NCBI GenBank assembly: GCA_025363815.1
Contig: JANYLB010000025.1
Coordinates: forward strand, 1,581-65,580
Direction: 5' to 3'
From: Actinomycetes bacterium
GTDB taxonomy: Bacteria > Actinomycetota > Acidimicrobiia > IMCC26256 > JANYLB01
Length of the DNA stretch: 64,000 nucleotides
Shown here: positions 55,531 through 64,000 of the stretch, one piece after another
Position numbering within the stretch: the first letter of the stretch is position 1
Layout of the letters: each line of letters opens with the position of its first letter
Program-made: the position numbers and the translations under genes
The notes under the pieces: generated by a model
Seen by the model: the letters and a program-made list of their open reading frames with translations, nothing else
Told to the model about the DNA's origin: nothing
The model's database searches: none

Positions 55531-56415
55531 CTAGGTCGCCGCGTGGGCCAGGTCCATCTGCGAGTAGAAGAAGTTCGCCGTCTCGCTGAGGATCTGTGCC
55601 CGGTGCGCCAGGTACGGCACGTGTCCCTCGCCCGGCCACGTGCGGAGCACCGCTACGAGGTGGTCGGCAGTTGCCTCAGTCACTGTGTTCTGTGCCCACA
55701 CGTAGGGGACGATCGGATCCGCGCTGCCATGGAACAAGAGCGCGGCGGCATCGCCGGGGCTGATCGACCCGGTGCCGAGCGCGGCGCCCGAGATCGATTG
55801 CGCAGCTCGGATGCTCGACGAGAACCCCTGGTGGTCGCCAGGTCCGGGGTTGTCGCCGTTGTAGCCGACGTTGAGGGCCGTGATGGCGCCCGCCGAACTA
55901 CCGCCCGCGGCGATGCGGGTCGGATCGATGCCGTACGTCGTGGCGTTGTCGCGGAGGAAGCGGACCGCGGTCTGGCCGTCGAAGGTCGCTTGTTGGATCG
56001 CGATGATGCATCCGGCGGTCGGACCTGCGGCTGAGCACCCGCCCGGGTTCAACCGGTAGGAGATCGACGCGCTCACGTATCCCTTTTTCGCAAGGGTGTT
56101 GGCCTCGTCGACGATCTCCGGTGACGTCTTGTCGCCGCCCGAGAATCCGCCGCCGTGGATCCAGATGACAGCAGGACGGTTGGTGGCCACGTCGCCTGTC
56201 GGACGGTAGATGTCGATCTTCAATGTGACCGTCGCGCCCTGCTGGTTCACGGCGGTTCCGTAGGTCACATCGGAAGTCATGGTGACTGCGCTGAACACCT
56301 CGTCGCGGTAGCGCAGGGGCGCTGCGCCGGACGGCGTGGCCAGCGGGTCCGCGCAGCCGGCAGCGAGCGTGGCCGCGAGGGCTACGGCGAGTATGAAGAA
56401 CGAGCGACGGCGCAT
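55531..56415 (-). CDS. Secreted alpha/beta-hydrolase (esterase/lipase), probable lipoprotein
   Basis: ORF 55531..56469 with the start at the internal Met. It has a lipobox-like LAAGC, the oxyanion motif IHGGGF and the nucleophile elbow GGSSAG. Confidence 0.75.
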   Translation of the reverse strand: MRRRSFFILAVALAATLAAGCADPLATPSGAAPLRYRDEVFSAVTMTSDVTYGTAVNQQGATVTLKIDIYRPTGDVATNRPAVIWIHGGGFSGGDKTSPEIVDEANTLAKKGYVSASISYRLNPGGCSAAGPTAGCIIAIQQATFDGQTAVRFLRDNATTYGIDPTRIAAGGSSAGAITALNVGYNGDNPGPGDHQGFSSSIRAAQSISGAALGTGSISPGDAAALLFHGSADPIVPYVWAQNTVTEATADHLVAVLRTWPGEGHVPYLAHRAQILSETANFFYSQMDLAHAAT

Positions 56416-56504
56416 CTGCGATTTCTCCCCCAACTCCCGGCGCGATCGCCGGTCGGATGCTGTCGTCATGGTACCGGCGTGGCCACCGATAGCATGACGG
56501 GCCC

Positions 56505-57842
56505 ATGTTCGACGCCCTCTCCGACCGTTTTGACGGCATCTTCACCCGGCTCCGCAGCCGTGGTCGTCTCACCGAAAAAGACGTCGACGAGGTGTGTCGT
56601 GAGATCCGCCTGGCCTTGCTGGAGGCCGACGTGAACGTGCGGGTCGTGAAGGGTCTGATCACCAGGGTGAAAGATCGGGCCCAGGGTGCCGAGGTCGCGA
56701 AGAGCCTCAGCCCGGCTCAGCAGGTCATCAAGATCGTGCACGAGGAGCTGATCACCACTCTCGGAGGCGACAGCGGCAAGCTCACGATGAGCTCGAAGCC
56801 GCCGACCGTGGTGATGCTCTGCGGACTCCAGGGTTCGGGTAAGACGACCGTGGCAGGCAAGCTGGCTCGACATCTGAAGAGCCAGGGTCTCGGCGTGCTC
56901 CTCGTCGCCGCCGACCTGGCGCGGCCGGCAGCGGTGGAGCAACTACGCGTGCTCGGTCGACGCCTCGACGTCCCGGTCTTCTCTGCCGGCGACGATGAGA
57001 TCGCCGAGGGTCGAGGCGACGTCGTCGCAGTCGCGCGCGGCGTGGCCGACGAAGCGGCCCGACTCGGCAAGAACGTGGTGATAGTCGACACCGCGGGACG
57101 CCTCCAGGTCGACACCGCACTCATGGAGGAGCTGCGCGAGGTGCGCGACATCGTGGCGCCGCACGACACTCTCCTGGTAGTCGATGCAATGACAGGCCAG
57201 GAAGCCGTGAACGTCGCGACGGCCTTCGACGAAGCGGTCGGACTCGATGGGGTCGTGCTCACCAAGATCGATGGCGATGCCCGTGGCGGCGCGGCGCTCT
57301 CGGTCAAGGAGGTGGTCGGCAAGCCGATCCTGTTCGTGGGTACCGGAGAGAAGCTCGAGGACTTCGAGCCTTTCCATCCGGACCGTATGGCCAGCCGAAT
57401 CCTCGGCATGGGCGACATGCTCACGCTGATCGAGAAGGCCGAGGCGGTCTTCGACGAGGGCGTAGCCAGCGAGACCGAAGCGAAGCTGCGCAAGGGCCAG
57501 TTCACGCTGAGCGACTTCCTCGACCAGATGCGTCAGGTCAAGAAGATGGGTCCCCTCCAGAACGTGCTGAAGCTCATGCCCGGCATCCCGAAGGAGCTCA
57601 AGAACGCGGAGCTCGACGACAGGGAGCTGGGCCGGGTCGAAGCGATCATCTGCTCGATGACCCTCGCCGAGCGAAACGACCCGTCGCTGATCAACGGCTC
57701 GCGGAGGCTGCGGATCGCCCACGGGAGCGGGACCACGACCCAAGAGGTGAACGCCATGCTCAAGCAGTTCAAGGTGGTCCAGCAGATGATGAGATCGATG
57801 GCGTCGGGCAAGCGTCCGAAGCTGCCGATGCCGGGGATGTAG
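56505..57842 (+). CDS. ffh: Signal recognition particle protein Ffh
   Basis: GLQGSGKTT, DTAGR, TKIDGDARGG, and an M domain. Confidence 0.95.
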   Translation: MFDALSDRFDGIFTRLRSRGRLTEKDVDEVCREIRLALLEADVNVRVVKGLITRVKDRAQGAEVAKSLSPAQQVIKIVHEELITTLGGDSGKLTMSSKPPTVVMLCGLQGSGKTTVAGKLARHLKSQGLGVLLVAADLARPAAVEQLRVLGRRLDVPVFSAGDDEIAEGRGDVVAVARGVADEAARLGKNVVIVDTAGRLQVDTALMEELREVRDIVAPHDTLLVVDAMTGQEAVNVATAFDEAVGLDGVVLTKIDGDARGGAALSVKEVVGKPILFVGTGEKLEDFEPFHPDRMASRILGMGDMLTLIEKAEAVFDEGVASETEAKLRKGQFTLSDFLDQMRQVKKMGPLQNVLKLMPGIPKELKNAELDDRELGRVEAIICSMTLAERNDPSLINGSRRLRIAHGSGTTTQEVNAMLKQFKVVQQMMRSMASGKRPKLPMPGM

Positions 57843-57910
57843 CCTTGCGCGTTCCCCAGTCCTTTCTGGGCGGCACGAAGCAGCACTGAGATCGACGAGA
57901 GAGGCGTTCT

Positions 57911-58378
57911 GTGGCAGTCAAGATCCGCCTGATGCGGGTAGGCAAGAAGAAGCAGCCGTCGTACCGTGTGGTCGTGGCCGATGGCCGCTCGCCCCGCGAT
58001 GGGCGCTACATCGAGATCATCGGCCAGTACGCGCCGCGCCAGGAGCCGTCGATCTTCACGATCGATGACGAGAAGGCGCTCGCGTGGTTGAAGAAGGGCG
58101 CGCAGCCCACTGACCAGGTACAGAAGCTCCTGGCCGAGAACGGCGTGTGGGAGCGGTACCAATCGGAGCGGGGTCAGTCGGCCGCGCTCGTGAAGTCGGG
58201 CCCGAAGCGCACCGCGCCGAAGCTCTCCAAGAAGGCCCAGGCCCGCGCCGCGTCAGGTGCCGACGCGCCGACTCCGCCGGTCGTGGCGGCGCCGACCGTC
58301 GCTCCCGTCGTGGCCGATGCAACCCCCGAGGCTGAAGCGACTGAAGCGACTGAAGCGACTGAAGCGAGCGCAGAGTGA
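57911..58378 (+). CDS. rpsP: 30S ribosomal protein S16 (with Ala/Pro/Glu-rich C-terminal extension)
   Basis: [24 protein letters not shown]. Confidence 0.95.
   Translation: MAVKIRLMRVGKKKQPSYRVVVADGRSPRDGRYIEIIGQYAPRQEPSIFTIDDEKALAWLKKGAQPTDQVQKLLAENGVWERYQSERGQSAALVKSGPKRTAPKLSKKAQARAASGADAPTPPVVAAPTVAPVVADATPEAEATEATEATEASAE
58332..58367 (+). repeat. 9-bp tandem repeat x4 in the rpsP C-terminal extension
   Basis: CTGAAGCGA x4 encodes [11 protein letters not shown]. Confidence 0.9.
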
Positions 58379-58689
58379 GCGACGAGATCGAAGAAGATGC
58401 CGATCAGTACTACGACGACGAAGTCGCTCCCGAAGGCAACCGCATCGCCGGTGGGAAGTGTCGGGCCGTGGTCGAGCATGTCGCGCGCAATATCGCCGAA
58501 GATCCCGACGCGATCGAGGTCGATGTCGAAGAGCGCAATGGCGAGCTGATGCTGCTCGTGCGTACCAGCCCCGATGACATGGGTCGTCTGATCGGTCGGC
58601 GTGGTCGCGTCATTCAGGCGCTACGGCAGGTGGTCCGCGCCGCAGGCAGCGCCGAGGGCGTCAAGGCGAACGTCGACGTCCTGGAGTGA
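58375..58689 (+). CDS. KH-domain RNA-binding protein (YlqC-like)
   Basis: GTGA overlap with rpsP. Motif [18 protein letters not shown]. Confidence 0.8.
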   Translation: MSDEIEEDADQYYDDEVAPEGNRIAGGKCRAVVEHVARNIAEDPDAIEVDVEERNGELMLLVRTSPDDMGRLIGRRGRVIQALRQVVRAAGSAEGVKANVDVLE

Positions 58690-58696
58690 TCCGGGC

Positions 58697-59176
58697 GTGA
58701 GCCGTCTCGAGGTCGGCCGAGTCGGGCGCGCCCACGGCATTGTGGGCGAGATGGCCGTGACCCTGCACACCAACCGTCCGGAGCGGGTCGAACCCGGCAC
58801 CGTTTTGTACATCGGTGACCGGCCGCTCGTGATCAGCGCCTCGCGAAGGCACAAGCAGCGGTGGCTCGTCACCTTCGACGGTGTAGCCGACCGCACCGAG
58901 GCCGAGGCACTCACCGGTGAGATCCTGACCGCGGACCCCCTCGGGCCGTTGCCCGACGGCGAGATGTGGTTCCATGAGCTGGTCGGCTCGGAGGTTCGCG
59001 ACAAATCGGGTGCGTCTCTCGGCACCGTGACGGGTCTCGACGCGAACCCAGCGCACGACATCCTTGTGATCGACGACGACGTGTTGGTTCCCGTCGTGTT
59101 CGTGATCGAACACCGTGACGGGATCGTCATCGTCGATCCGCCGGAAGGGTTGGTCGAGATCAACCGGCGCGACTGA
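58697..59176 (+). CDS. rimM: Ribosome maturation factor RimM
   Basis: Start at GTG 58697. Motifs VGRVGRAHGIVGE and a PRC barrel. Confidence 0.9.
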   Translation: MSRLEVGRVGRAHGIVGEMAVTLHTNRPERVEPGTVLYIGDRPLVISASRRHKQRWLVTFDGVADRTEAEALTGEILTADPLGPLPDGEMWFHELVGSEVRDKSGASLGTVTGLDANPAHDILVIDDDVLVPVVFVIEHRDGIVIVDPPEGLVEINRRD

Positions 59177-59177
59177 C

Positions 59178-59912
59178 GTGCGCGTCGATCTGTTCTCGAT
59201 CTTCCCTGAGTACCTCGATGGACCATTGCGGTCGTCGTTGCTCGGACGGGCCCGAGAAGCAGGGATCCTGGATGTCCGGGTCCATGACCCGCGTGAGCAC
59301 ACGACGGATCGGCATCGCAGCGTCGACGATGCACCGTTCGGTGGCGGTGCGGGGATGGTCATGCGCCCGGAGCCGCTGTTCGCAGCGATCGAAGCGGCCG
59401 CGCCACTGCGCCCGGTGCTGCTCCTGAGCGCCGCAGGCCCCCGCTTCGACCAAGGAGTTGCCCGCGACCTGGCGGCAGGCGACGGGTTCGCGCTCGTTTG
59501 CGGCCGCTACGAAGGGATCGATCAGCGGGTCGCCGATCACGCCTGCGACGGCGAGCTGTCGGTAGCCGACGTCGTGCTCTCGGGTGGCGAGGCGGCTGCG
59601 CTGGTGGTGGTGGAGGCGGTAACCCGCTTGGTTCCAGGGGTGATGGGCAACCAGACCTCGGCCCTCGAGGAGTCGTTCGGGGAGAACGGGTTGCTCGAGT
59701 ATCCCCACTACACCCGGCCGGCCGAGTTCCGGGGCTGGGAGGTGCCCGAACCCCTTCGATCCGGTGATCACGCCCGGATCGAGCGTTGGCGTCGGGCACA
59801 GGCGTTGCACCGGACCCTCGACCGCAGGCCCGACCTCCTGGTGGGTCGCCCGGTCACCCCTGCAGACAAGGAGCTTCTCGCCGAGTTCGGACTCGACGAC
59901 CCGACGCGCTGA
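59178..59912 (+). CDS. trmD: tRNA (guanine37-N1)-methyltransferase
   Basis: Start at GTG 59178. Motifs VDLFSIFPEY, DDAPFGGGAGMVM and GRYEGIDQR. Confidence 0.95.
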   Translation: MRVDLFSIFPEYLDGPLRSSLLGRAREAGILDVRVHDPREHTTDRHRSVDDAPFGGGAGMVMRPEPLFAAIEAAAPLRPVLLLSAAGPRFDQGVARDLAAGDGFALVCGRYEGIDQRVADHACDGELSVADVVLSGGEAAALVVVEAVTRLVPGVMGNQTSALEESFGENGLLEYPHYTRPAEFRGWEVPEPLRSGDHARIERWRRAQALHRTLDRRPDLLVGRPVTPADKELLAEFGLDDPTR

Positions 59913-59971
59913 TCCGCTAGAGTTCGCTCTCTCCGCCCGCCCAAACGGGCCTCTCTGAGGACGGTCGCGCC

Positions 59972-60316
59972 ATGAACCCCACCGATCTTGTCGATCGCGC
60001 CAGCCTGCGCGATGACATCCCCGAATTCGCACCCGGCGACACGTTGAAGGTCCACGTCCGGGTTGTGGAAGGAACCCGCGAGCGGGTGCAGGTGTTCCAG
60101 GGCGCGGTGATCCGGCGGCAGGGCAGTGGGGTCCGAGAGACCTTCACCGTTCGCAAGGTGAGCTTCGGCGTCGGTGTTGAGCGGACATTTCCGGTGCACT
60201 CGCCGATCGTGGCGAAGATCGAGGTGGTCACCAGAGGCGATGTGCGCCGGGCGAAGCTCTACTACCTCCGGGATCGGATCGGGAAGGCCGCGAAGATCAA
60301 GGAGAAGCGGGTCTGA
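59972..60316 (+). CDS. rplS: 50S ribosomal protein L19
   Basis: [29 protein letters not shown]. Confidence 0.95.
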   Translation: MNPTDLVDRASLRDDIPEFAPGDTLKVHVRVVEGTRERVQVFQGAVIRRQGSGVRETFTVRKVSFGVGVERTFPVHSPIVAKIEVVTRGDVRRAKLYYLRDRIGKAAKIKEKRV

Positions 60317-60377
60317 CCTCCCTTGGCCCGGGTTACAACGGCGTCCGGCCGCTGGTCCAGGGCCTACAATTGTTCTC

Positions 60378-60671
60378 GTGAGCGCCGAGGATCTCGAGCG
60401 GTACGAGACGGAGATCGAGCTCCAGCTCTACAAGGAGTACCGCGATGTGCTCTCGATGTTCTCCTTTGTCGTCGAGACGGAACGCCGCTTCTACCTGACG
60501 AACTCGGTGCAGATGGACGCTCGCGACCAGGACGGCCGCACCTACTTCGAGCTTCGGCTCCAAGACGCCTGGGTTTGGGACATGTACCGCCCGGCCAGAT
60601 TCGTCGCGAACGTGAGAGTGGTCACGTTCAAAGACGTCAACATCGAGGAGCTCGCCGGCAAAGACGCCTAG
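60378..60671 (+). CDS. DUF2469 family protein
   Basis: Start at GTG 60378. SAEDLERYETEIELQLYKEYRDV is typical of the family. It sits in the conserved position between rplS and yraN. Confidence 0.8.
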   Translation: MSAEDLERYETEIELQLYKEYRDVLSMFSFVVETERRFYLTNSVQMDARDQDGRTYFELRLQDAWVWDMYRPARFVANVRVVTFKDVNIEELAGKDA

Positions 60672-60741
60672 GCGGGTTCTCCTGCGCCGCCTCGCCGAGC
60701 GATCGGGGGCGGCGCCCGACCCGAGTGGCCAGGAGCCGATC

Positions 60742-61125
60742 ATGGACGCAGCTCAGGAGAACCGACGGCCAGACGCCCGGCGAGCGCTCGGTGCGCGAGG
60801 CGAGCAGCTGACCGCCGATCGCTACGTTGCCGAGGGGTACGAAATCTTGGCCCGCAATTGGCGATGCCGCCAGGGCGAGCTCGACCTGGTCCTGCATCGC
60901 GACCGGGTTGTGGTGTTCTGCGAGGTGAAGACGCGGAGCAGCGACCGGTTCGGCGCTCCGATCGAGGCAATCACGCACCAGAAGCGGAAGCGCCTCCGCG
61001 TTCTGGCAGGTCGCTGGCTCGACGAGCACAAGCCGGTTGCGCGGGAGGTGCGTTTCGACGTGGCGTCGGTGACGTTCGGCACCGACGGTGCGGCCAACAT
61101 CGACGTGATGGAGAGCGCGTTCTAA
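60742..61125 (+). CDS. yraN: YraN family (UPF0102) endonuclease-like protein
   Basis: GEQLTADRYVAEGYEILARNWRCRQGELDLV...VVFCEVKTR. Confidence 0.85.
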   Translation: MDAAQENRRPDARRALGARGEQLTADRYVAEGYEILARNWRCRQGELDLVLHRDRVVVFCEVKTRSSDRFGAPIEAITHQKRKRLRVLAGRWLDEHKPVAREVRFDVASVTFGTDGAANIDVMESAF

Positions 61126-61349
61126 CTCGGGCGTCGGTGGCGGGTCCGTGATCGCCGGGACCAACACGGCGTGTGCCAGTGGCGGCGCAGATCTGGAGCC
61201 TCAACCGGCACGATGACCTCGTGACCGGTGCCCGGACGTATCTCGTGGTCACAACCGGGACATCGGTACGTCTTGATCGCCTGGTACGGCTGCATGTGCC
61301 GGACCTCGACTTCGTCAGGGTCGAACATCAGCGAGGGAAGAGCGCCCAT
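61122..61349 (-). CDS. Small zinc-ribbon protein (CPGC ... H-x-x-C-W)
   Basis: HMQPYQAIKTYRCPGCDHEI...RRHWHTPCW is a conserved actinobacterial small-protein pattern. The alternative start ATG 61328 overlaps the stop of the upstream mini-ORF (TGATG). Confidence 0.55.
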   Translation of the reverse strand: MGALPSLMFDPDEVEVRHMQPYQAIKTYRCPGCDHEIRPGTGHEVIVPVEAPDLRRHWHTPCWSRRSRTRHRRPS

Positions 61350-61441
61350 AGAACCAGGCCCACGATGACCACCAGCGCGGCGCCGACCACGACGAAGTCG
61401 GTACTGCGCGCGACACGCTTGCGAAACGGGTTGTAGCCCAC
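61328..61441 (-). CDS. Candidate 37-codon single-TM mini-protein
   Basis: GTG-GYNPFRKRVARSTDFVVVGAALVVIVGLVLWALFPR-TGA has a clean positive-inside TM topology and is coupled to the downstream zinc-ribbon ORF. It is too short for compositional support. Confidence 0.25.
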   Translation of the reverse strand: MGYNPFRKRVARSTDFVVVGAALVVIVGLVLWALFPR

Positions 61442-61492
61442 ACCGCTACGGTACCTGCGGTTCCCGAGCGCGCGGTTACGAGGAGTTGAGCC

Positions 61493-62302
61493 ATGGACGA
61501 AGAAGCGGCGCGCACCTACGAAACCTTGCGCGTGGAGCGAGCCGAGGGAATCGTCACCCTGACGTTGACCCGGGCCGATAAGAAGAACGCGATCAACCAC
61601 CTGATGTGGCGCGAGCTGATGGCGGTTTTCGACGAGGTCGCCGAGCGACGCGACGATCGTGTGCTCCTGATCACCGGCGAAGGCGATGGATTTTGCTCTG
61701 GCGCCGATCTGACCGATCCGTCGGCCGGGGAGGCGACATCCGGCGTGGGCACATCGGTCGACTACATGCGTCTGGTCGGTCGGTGTGCGCTCCGCCTCCA
61801 CGAGCTTCCGAAGCCGACCGTCGCGGCGGTGAACGGTGTGGCCGCGGGCGCGGGCTGCAACCTCGCGCTCGGTTGCGACATCGTGATCGCCGCGGAGCGT
61901 GCCCGCTTCATCGAGATCTTCTCCAAGCGCGGTCTGGTCGTCGACTTCGGCGGTTCGTGGTTGTTGCCGCGCCTCGTTGGGCTGCACCGAGCGAAGGAAC
62001 TGATCTTTCTCGCCGAGTCAGTCGACGCGACGAAGGCGGCGGAGATCGGCCTGGTGAACCGGGTCGTCGAGTCCGACGCGCTCCTCGACGAGGCCAGGGC
62101 CGTGGCCGCGAAGCTCGCGGCGCTCCCGCCGATCCAGTTGTCGGTGACCAAGCGCTTGCTGAACCAGTCGTTGTCGGTATCGATGGCCGACGCGCTCGAG
62201 TTCGAAGGTATAGCGCAGTCGCTTATGTTCCGCACCGCCGACACCGCCGAGGCGATGATCGCGTTCGCGCAGAAGCGCGACCCCGAGTTCCGGGGCCAGT
62301 GA
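61493..62302 (+). CDS. Enoyl-CoA hydratase/isomerase (crotonase) family protein
   Basis: LTLTRADKKNAIN, ITGEGDGFCSGADL, and AAVNGVAAGAG. Confidence 0.9.
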   Translation: MDEEAARTYETLRVERAEGIVTLTLTRADKKNAINHLMWRELMAVFDEVAERRDDRVLLITGEGDGFCSGADLTDPSAGEATSGVGTSVDYMRLVGRCALRLHELPKPTVAAVNGVAAGAGCNLALGCDIVIAAERARFIEIFSKRGLVVDFGGSWLLPRLVGLHRAKELIFLAESVDATKAAEIGLVNRVVESDALLDEARAVAAKLAALPPIQLSVTKRLLNQSLSVSMADALEFEGIAQSLMFRTADTAEAMIAFAQKRDPEFRGQ

Positions 62303-62324
62303 CCACGAGAACTGGCCGATCAGA

Positions 62325-62543
62325 TCAGTGCTTGGGTGTTTCGGCTAGGGCACCGGCGTGGTCGCGGAGTTCCGCCTGGGCGGCCTGGACCTCGTCCCAC
62401 GCCGGCTCGATGACTCGCCGGATGAGACTGTTGTGGGCTTCCCATGCCGCGCCGCAGCGCTCGCAGGTCAGCATCAGCGATCCGCCCGAGAAGGCCTCGG
62501 CCGAGATCAGGGTCGCGTCGTAGGGGCACCGTTCAAACGTCAC
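62325..62543 (-). CDS. Hypothetical small Cys-containing protein downstream of dprA
   Basis: ORF 62325..62648 trimmed to GTG 62543 to avoid overlap with dprA. It has C...CxxC. No family recognised. Confidence 0.35.
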   Translation of the reverse strand: MTFERCPYDATLISAEAFSGGSLMLTCERCGAAWEAHNSLIRRVIEPAWDEVQAAQAELRDHAGALAETPKH

Positions 62544-62608
62544 GGTTGGTGTGTCGGCATCTCGACCCGTTCGCTTGAACCCGACCGCGCGAGCCGCATG
62601 CCGGCCGG

Positions 62609-63715
62609 TCAGGCCGGCCACCAGCGGCCGGCCTCGGAGCGGGCCCAATGATCGCGGGCGAGCTCGCAGAGAGCGATCGCGACCAAGCCGAGCTCCAGTC
62701 CGCAGCGGTGGGCGAGCTGATCGGGCGTCGCGGGCTCACCACCGAAGGCCACCAGCAAGCGGGCCGCGTCGCCGAGGGGAGGTGGCCGGTTCGCTGCCGT
62801 CTCGGCTCGGCGACGGGAACCCGGGGTGCAGCCGAGTCGGAGGAGTACGTCGTCGCTGTGCAGAAGCGAGTGAGCGCCGTCGCGGATGAGCTCGTTGCAG
62901 CCTTCGGCGGCGGGATTGCGCCGCGAGCCCGGTATCGCGAACACGTCGCGGCCGTAGCGCAGCGCGTGCTCCGCGGTTATGCGAGCACCGCCGCGGGCGG
63001 TCGCTTCGACGACGACGGTGATGTCGGCGAGCGCGGCGATGATCCTGTTGCGGACGGGGAAGCGCATCGGCTCCGGTCGAACGCCGAATCCCGACTCGCC
63101 GACGACGAGCCCCGATGCGCGGACCTTGCCGTAAAGGCAGCGGTGACGCCGCGGATACTCGATGTCGAGACCGGTGGCGACGACACCCACTGTTGCCCCG
63201 CCCCCATCCAACGCGCCTTCGTGGGCGGCGGCATCGATGCCGATCGCCAGCCCGCTGACCACCGTCACTCCGGCGGCGGCGAGATCGGCGGCCAGAGTAC
63301 GGGCATCGTCGAGACCGTGGGGCGTCGCGGCGCGCGTGCCGACGATCGCGACGCGTGGCGCGTCGAACGCGTCAAGGCGGTCGCCCTCGGCGAGGAGCAC
63401 CGCAGGGTGATCCGGGATCAACTCGGGATCGATCGGGAAGCCGAGGTCGGTTGCGAGGAGTACCTGGGTTCCCCTCGACGCCAACATGGCTCCGACCGCG
63501 CCAACATGCGTTGCGTCACCGGCCGCAGCGCGCCAGGCCCGCAACGCGTCGGGCGGAACCACGGGATCGAAGCAGCTTGCTGCTTCGCCGCGTGCGACTG
63601 CGCCGAGAGCTTCGACCGGATCGGGCCACCGCCGGAGCAGGGCTCGGAGCCGGGCCGGCGTCATACCCGCAAGCCCGGCAAGGGTGCCCGCAGCAGCATC
63701 TCGACCCGACATCAC
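62609..63715 (-). CDS. dprA: DNA-processing protein DprA
   Basis: Rossmann-like core VAIVGTRAATPHG, SGLAIGIDAAAHEGAL, and GGARITAEHALRYGRDVFAIPG. Confidence 0.9.
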   Translation of the reverse strand: MMSGRDAAAGTLAGLAGMTPARLRALLRRWPDPVEALGAVARGEAASCFDPVVPPDALRAWRAAAGDATHVGAVGAMLASRGTQVLLATDLGFPIDPELIPDHPAVLLAEGDRLDAFDAPRVAIVGTRAATPHGLDDARTLAADLAAAGVTVVSGLAIGIDAAAHEGALDGGGATVGVVATGLDIEYPRRHRCLYGKVRASGLVVGESGFGVRPEPMRFPVRNRIIAALADITVVVEATARGGARITAEHALRYGRDVFAIPGSRRNPAAEGCNELIRDGAHSLLHSDDVLLRLGCTPGSRRRAETAANRPPPLGDAARLLVAFGGEPATPDQLAHRCGLELGLVAIALCELARDHWARSEAGRWWPA

Positions 63716-64000
63716 GAGGCCTCCATGTCGGCGCGGAGCACGCTCGCGGTCGCCAGGTCTGTCGCTTCGATATCAGCGCGGTCGCCGAGGTCGGCGAGGG
63801 TGCGCGCGACACGACGGATCCGGGCCGAGCCCCGCCCGGTGAGCTCACGCGAACCGGAGAGCGTGAGCCAGGCCTCTGTTGCCGTGGGGGAGAGTGGAAT
63901 GAGGCGCTCGAGCGCGCCCGCCGGGACGTGCGCGTTGCACGACCATGGTGTGGCGGCAAGACGCGCCCGCTGCCGTTCGACGGCGGTGTTCACCTGCTCG
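63712..64000 (-). CDS. comM: Mg-chelatase-like ATPase YifB/ComM (C-terminal part only; continues beyond window)
   Basis: The C-terminal LSGRG..RIRRVARTLADLGDRADIEATDLATA is typical of the family. ATGA-type overlap with the dprA start. Confidence 0.8.
   Translation of the reverse strand, partial: EQVNTAVERQRARLAATPWSCNAHVPAGALERLIPLSPTATEAWLTLSGSRELTGRGSARIRRVARTLADLGDRADIEATDLATASVLRADMEAS

Noticed and set aside
1-64000. A scan for CRISPR arrays, IS elements, integrases, rRNA or tRNA genes and defence-system hallmarks
   Set aside because: None were recognised: no regularly spaced repeats, no transposase- or integrase-like translations, and no tRNA-like cloverleaf candidates in intergenic DNA. 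The helicase, nuclease and methyltransferase genes present are housekeeping-type and are not organised like a restriction or defence module.

Overview
GC-rich, actinobacterial-type chromosomal segment with about 66 protein-coding genes, tightly packed with many 4-nt start/stop overlaps. I recognised no rRNA, tRNA, CRISPR array, transposase or integrase. All family calls come from motif recognition in the supplied ORF translations and from synteny; no searches were run. From about 39.8 kb to 64 kb lies a conserved housekeeping block: rpmB, DAK2, recG, rsmD, coaD, a coiled-coil protein, DUF177, rpmF, plsX, an ACP-like protein, rnc, mutM, acyP, smc, mscS-like, ftsY, ffh, rpsP, KH, rimM, trmD, rplS, DUF2469, yraN, dprA and comM. 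The left part is metabolic and accessory. It holds a partial SMP-30 gene, a CaiB-type CoA-transferase, purK, gltB, a DUF1003/CBS-MgtE_N pair, a LemA-like gene, thermonuclease, two SAM methyltransferases and cspA. It also holds a PLP decarboxylase, a UvrD-like helicase with HRDC, a D-arabinono-lactone-oxidase-like gene and a galactoside/Leloir cluster (alpha-galactosidase, GH2, galK, galT, F420-type LLM oxidoreductase). PAC2, an acyl-CoA synthetase, ddl, a GH3 beta-glucosidase and pckG complete it. I did not find a convincing novel multi-gene system such as a defence, secretion or biosynthetic cluster. The best leads are single-locus anomalies: (1) an ACP-fold protein between plsX and rnc whose phosphopantetheine serine is replaced by Glu (DLGADEL instead of DLGADSL); (2) a PH/SHOCT membrane-protein gene with an in-frame TAG inside its conserved N-terminus; (3) an unusually long (~0.49 kb) structured non-coding gap between the helicase and a metallopeptidase gene; (4) a short (995 aa) but otherwise intact SMC; (5) a gal cluster split by an opposite-strand membrane gene and translationally coupled to an F420-type oxidoreductase; (6) a thermonuclease-like sequence relic between the two methyltransferase genes. 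Several hairpins, palindromes and in-frame tandem repeats are also listed.
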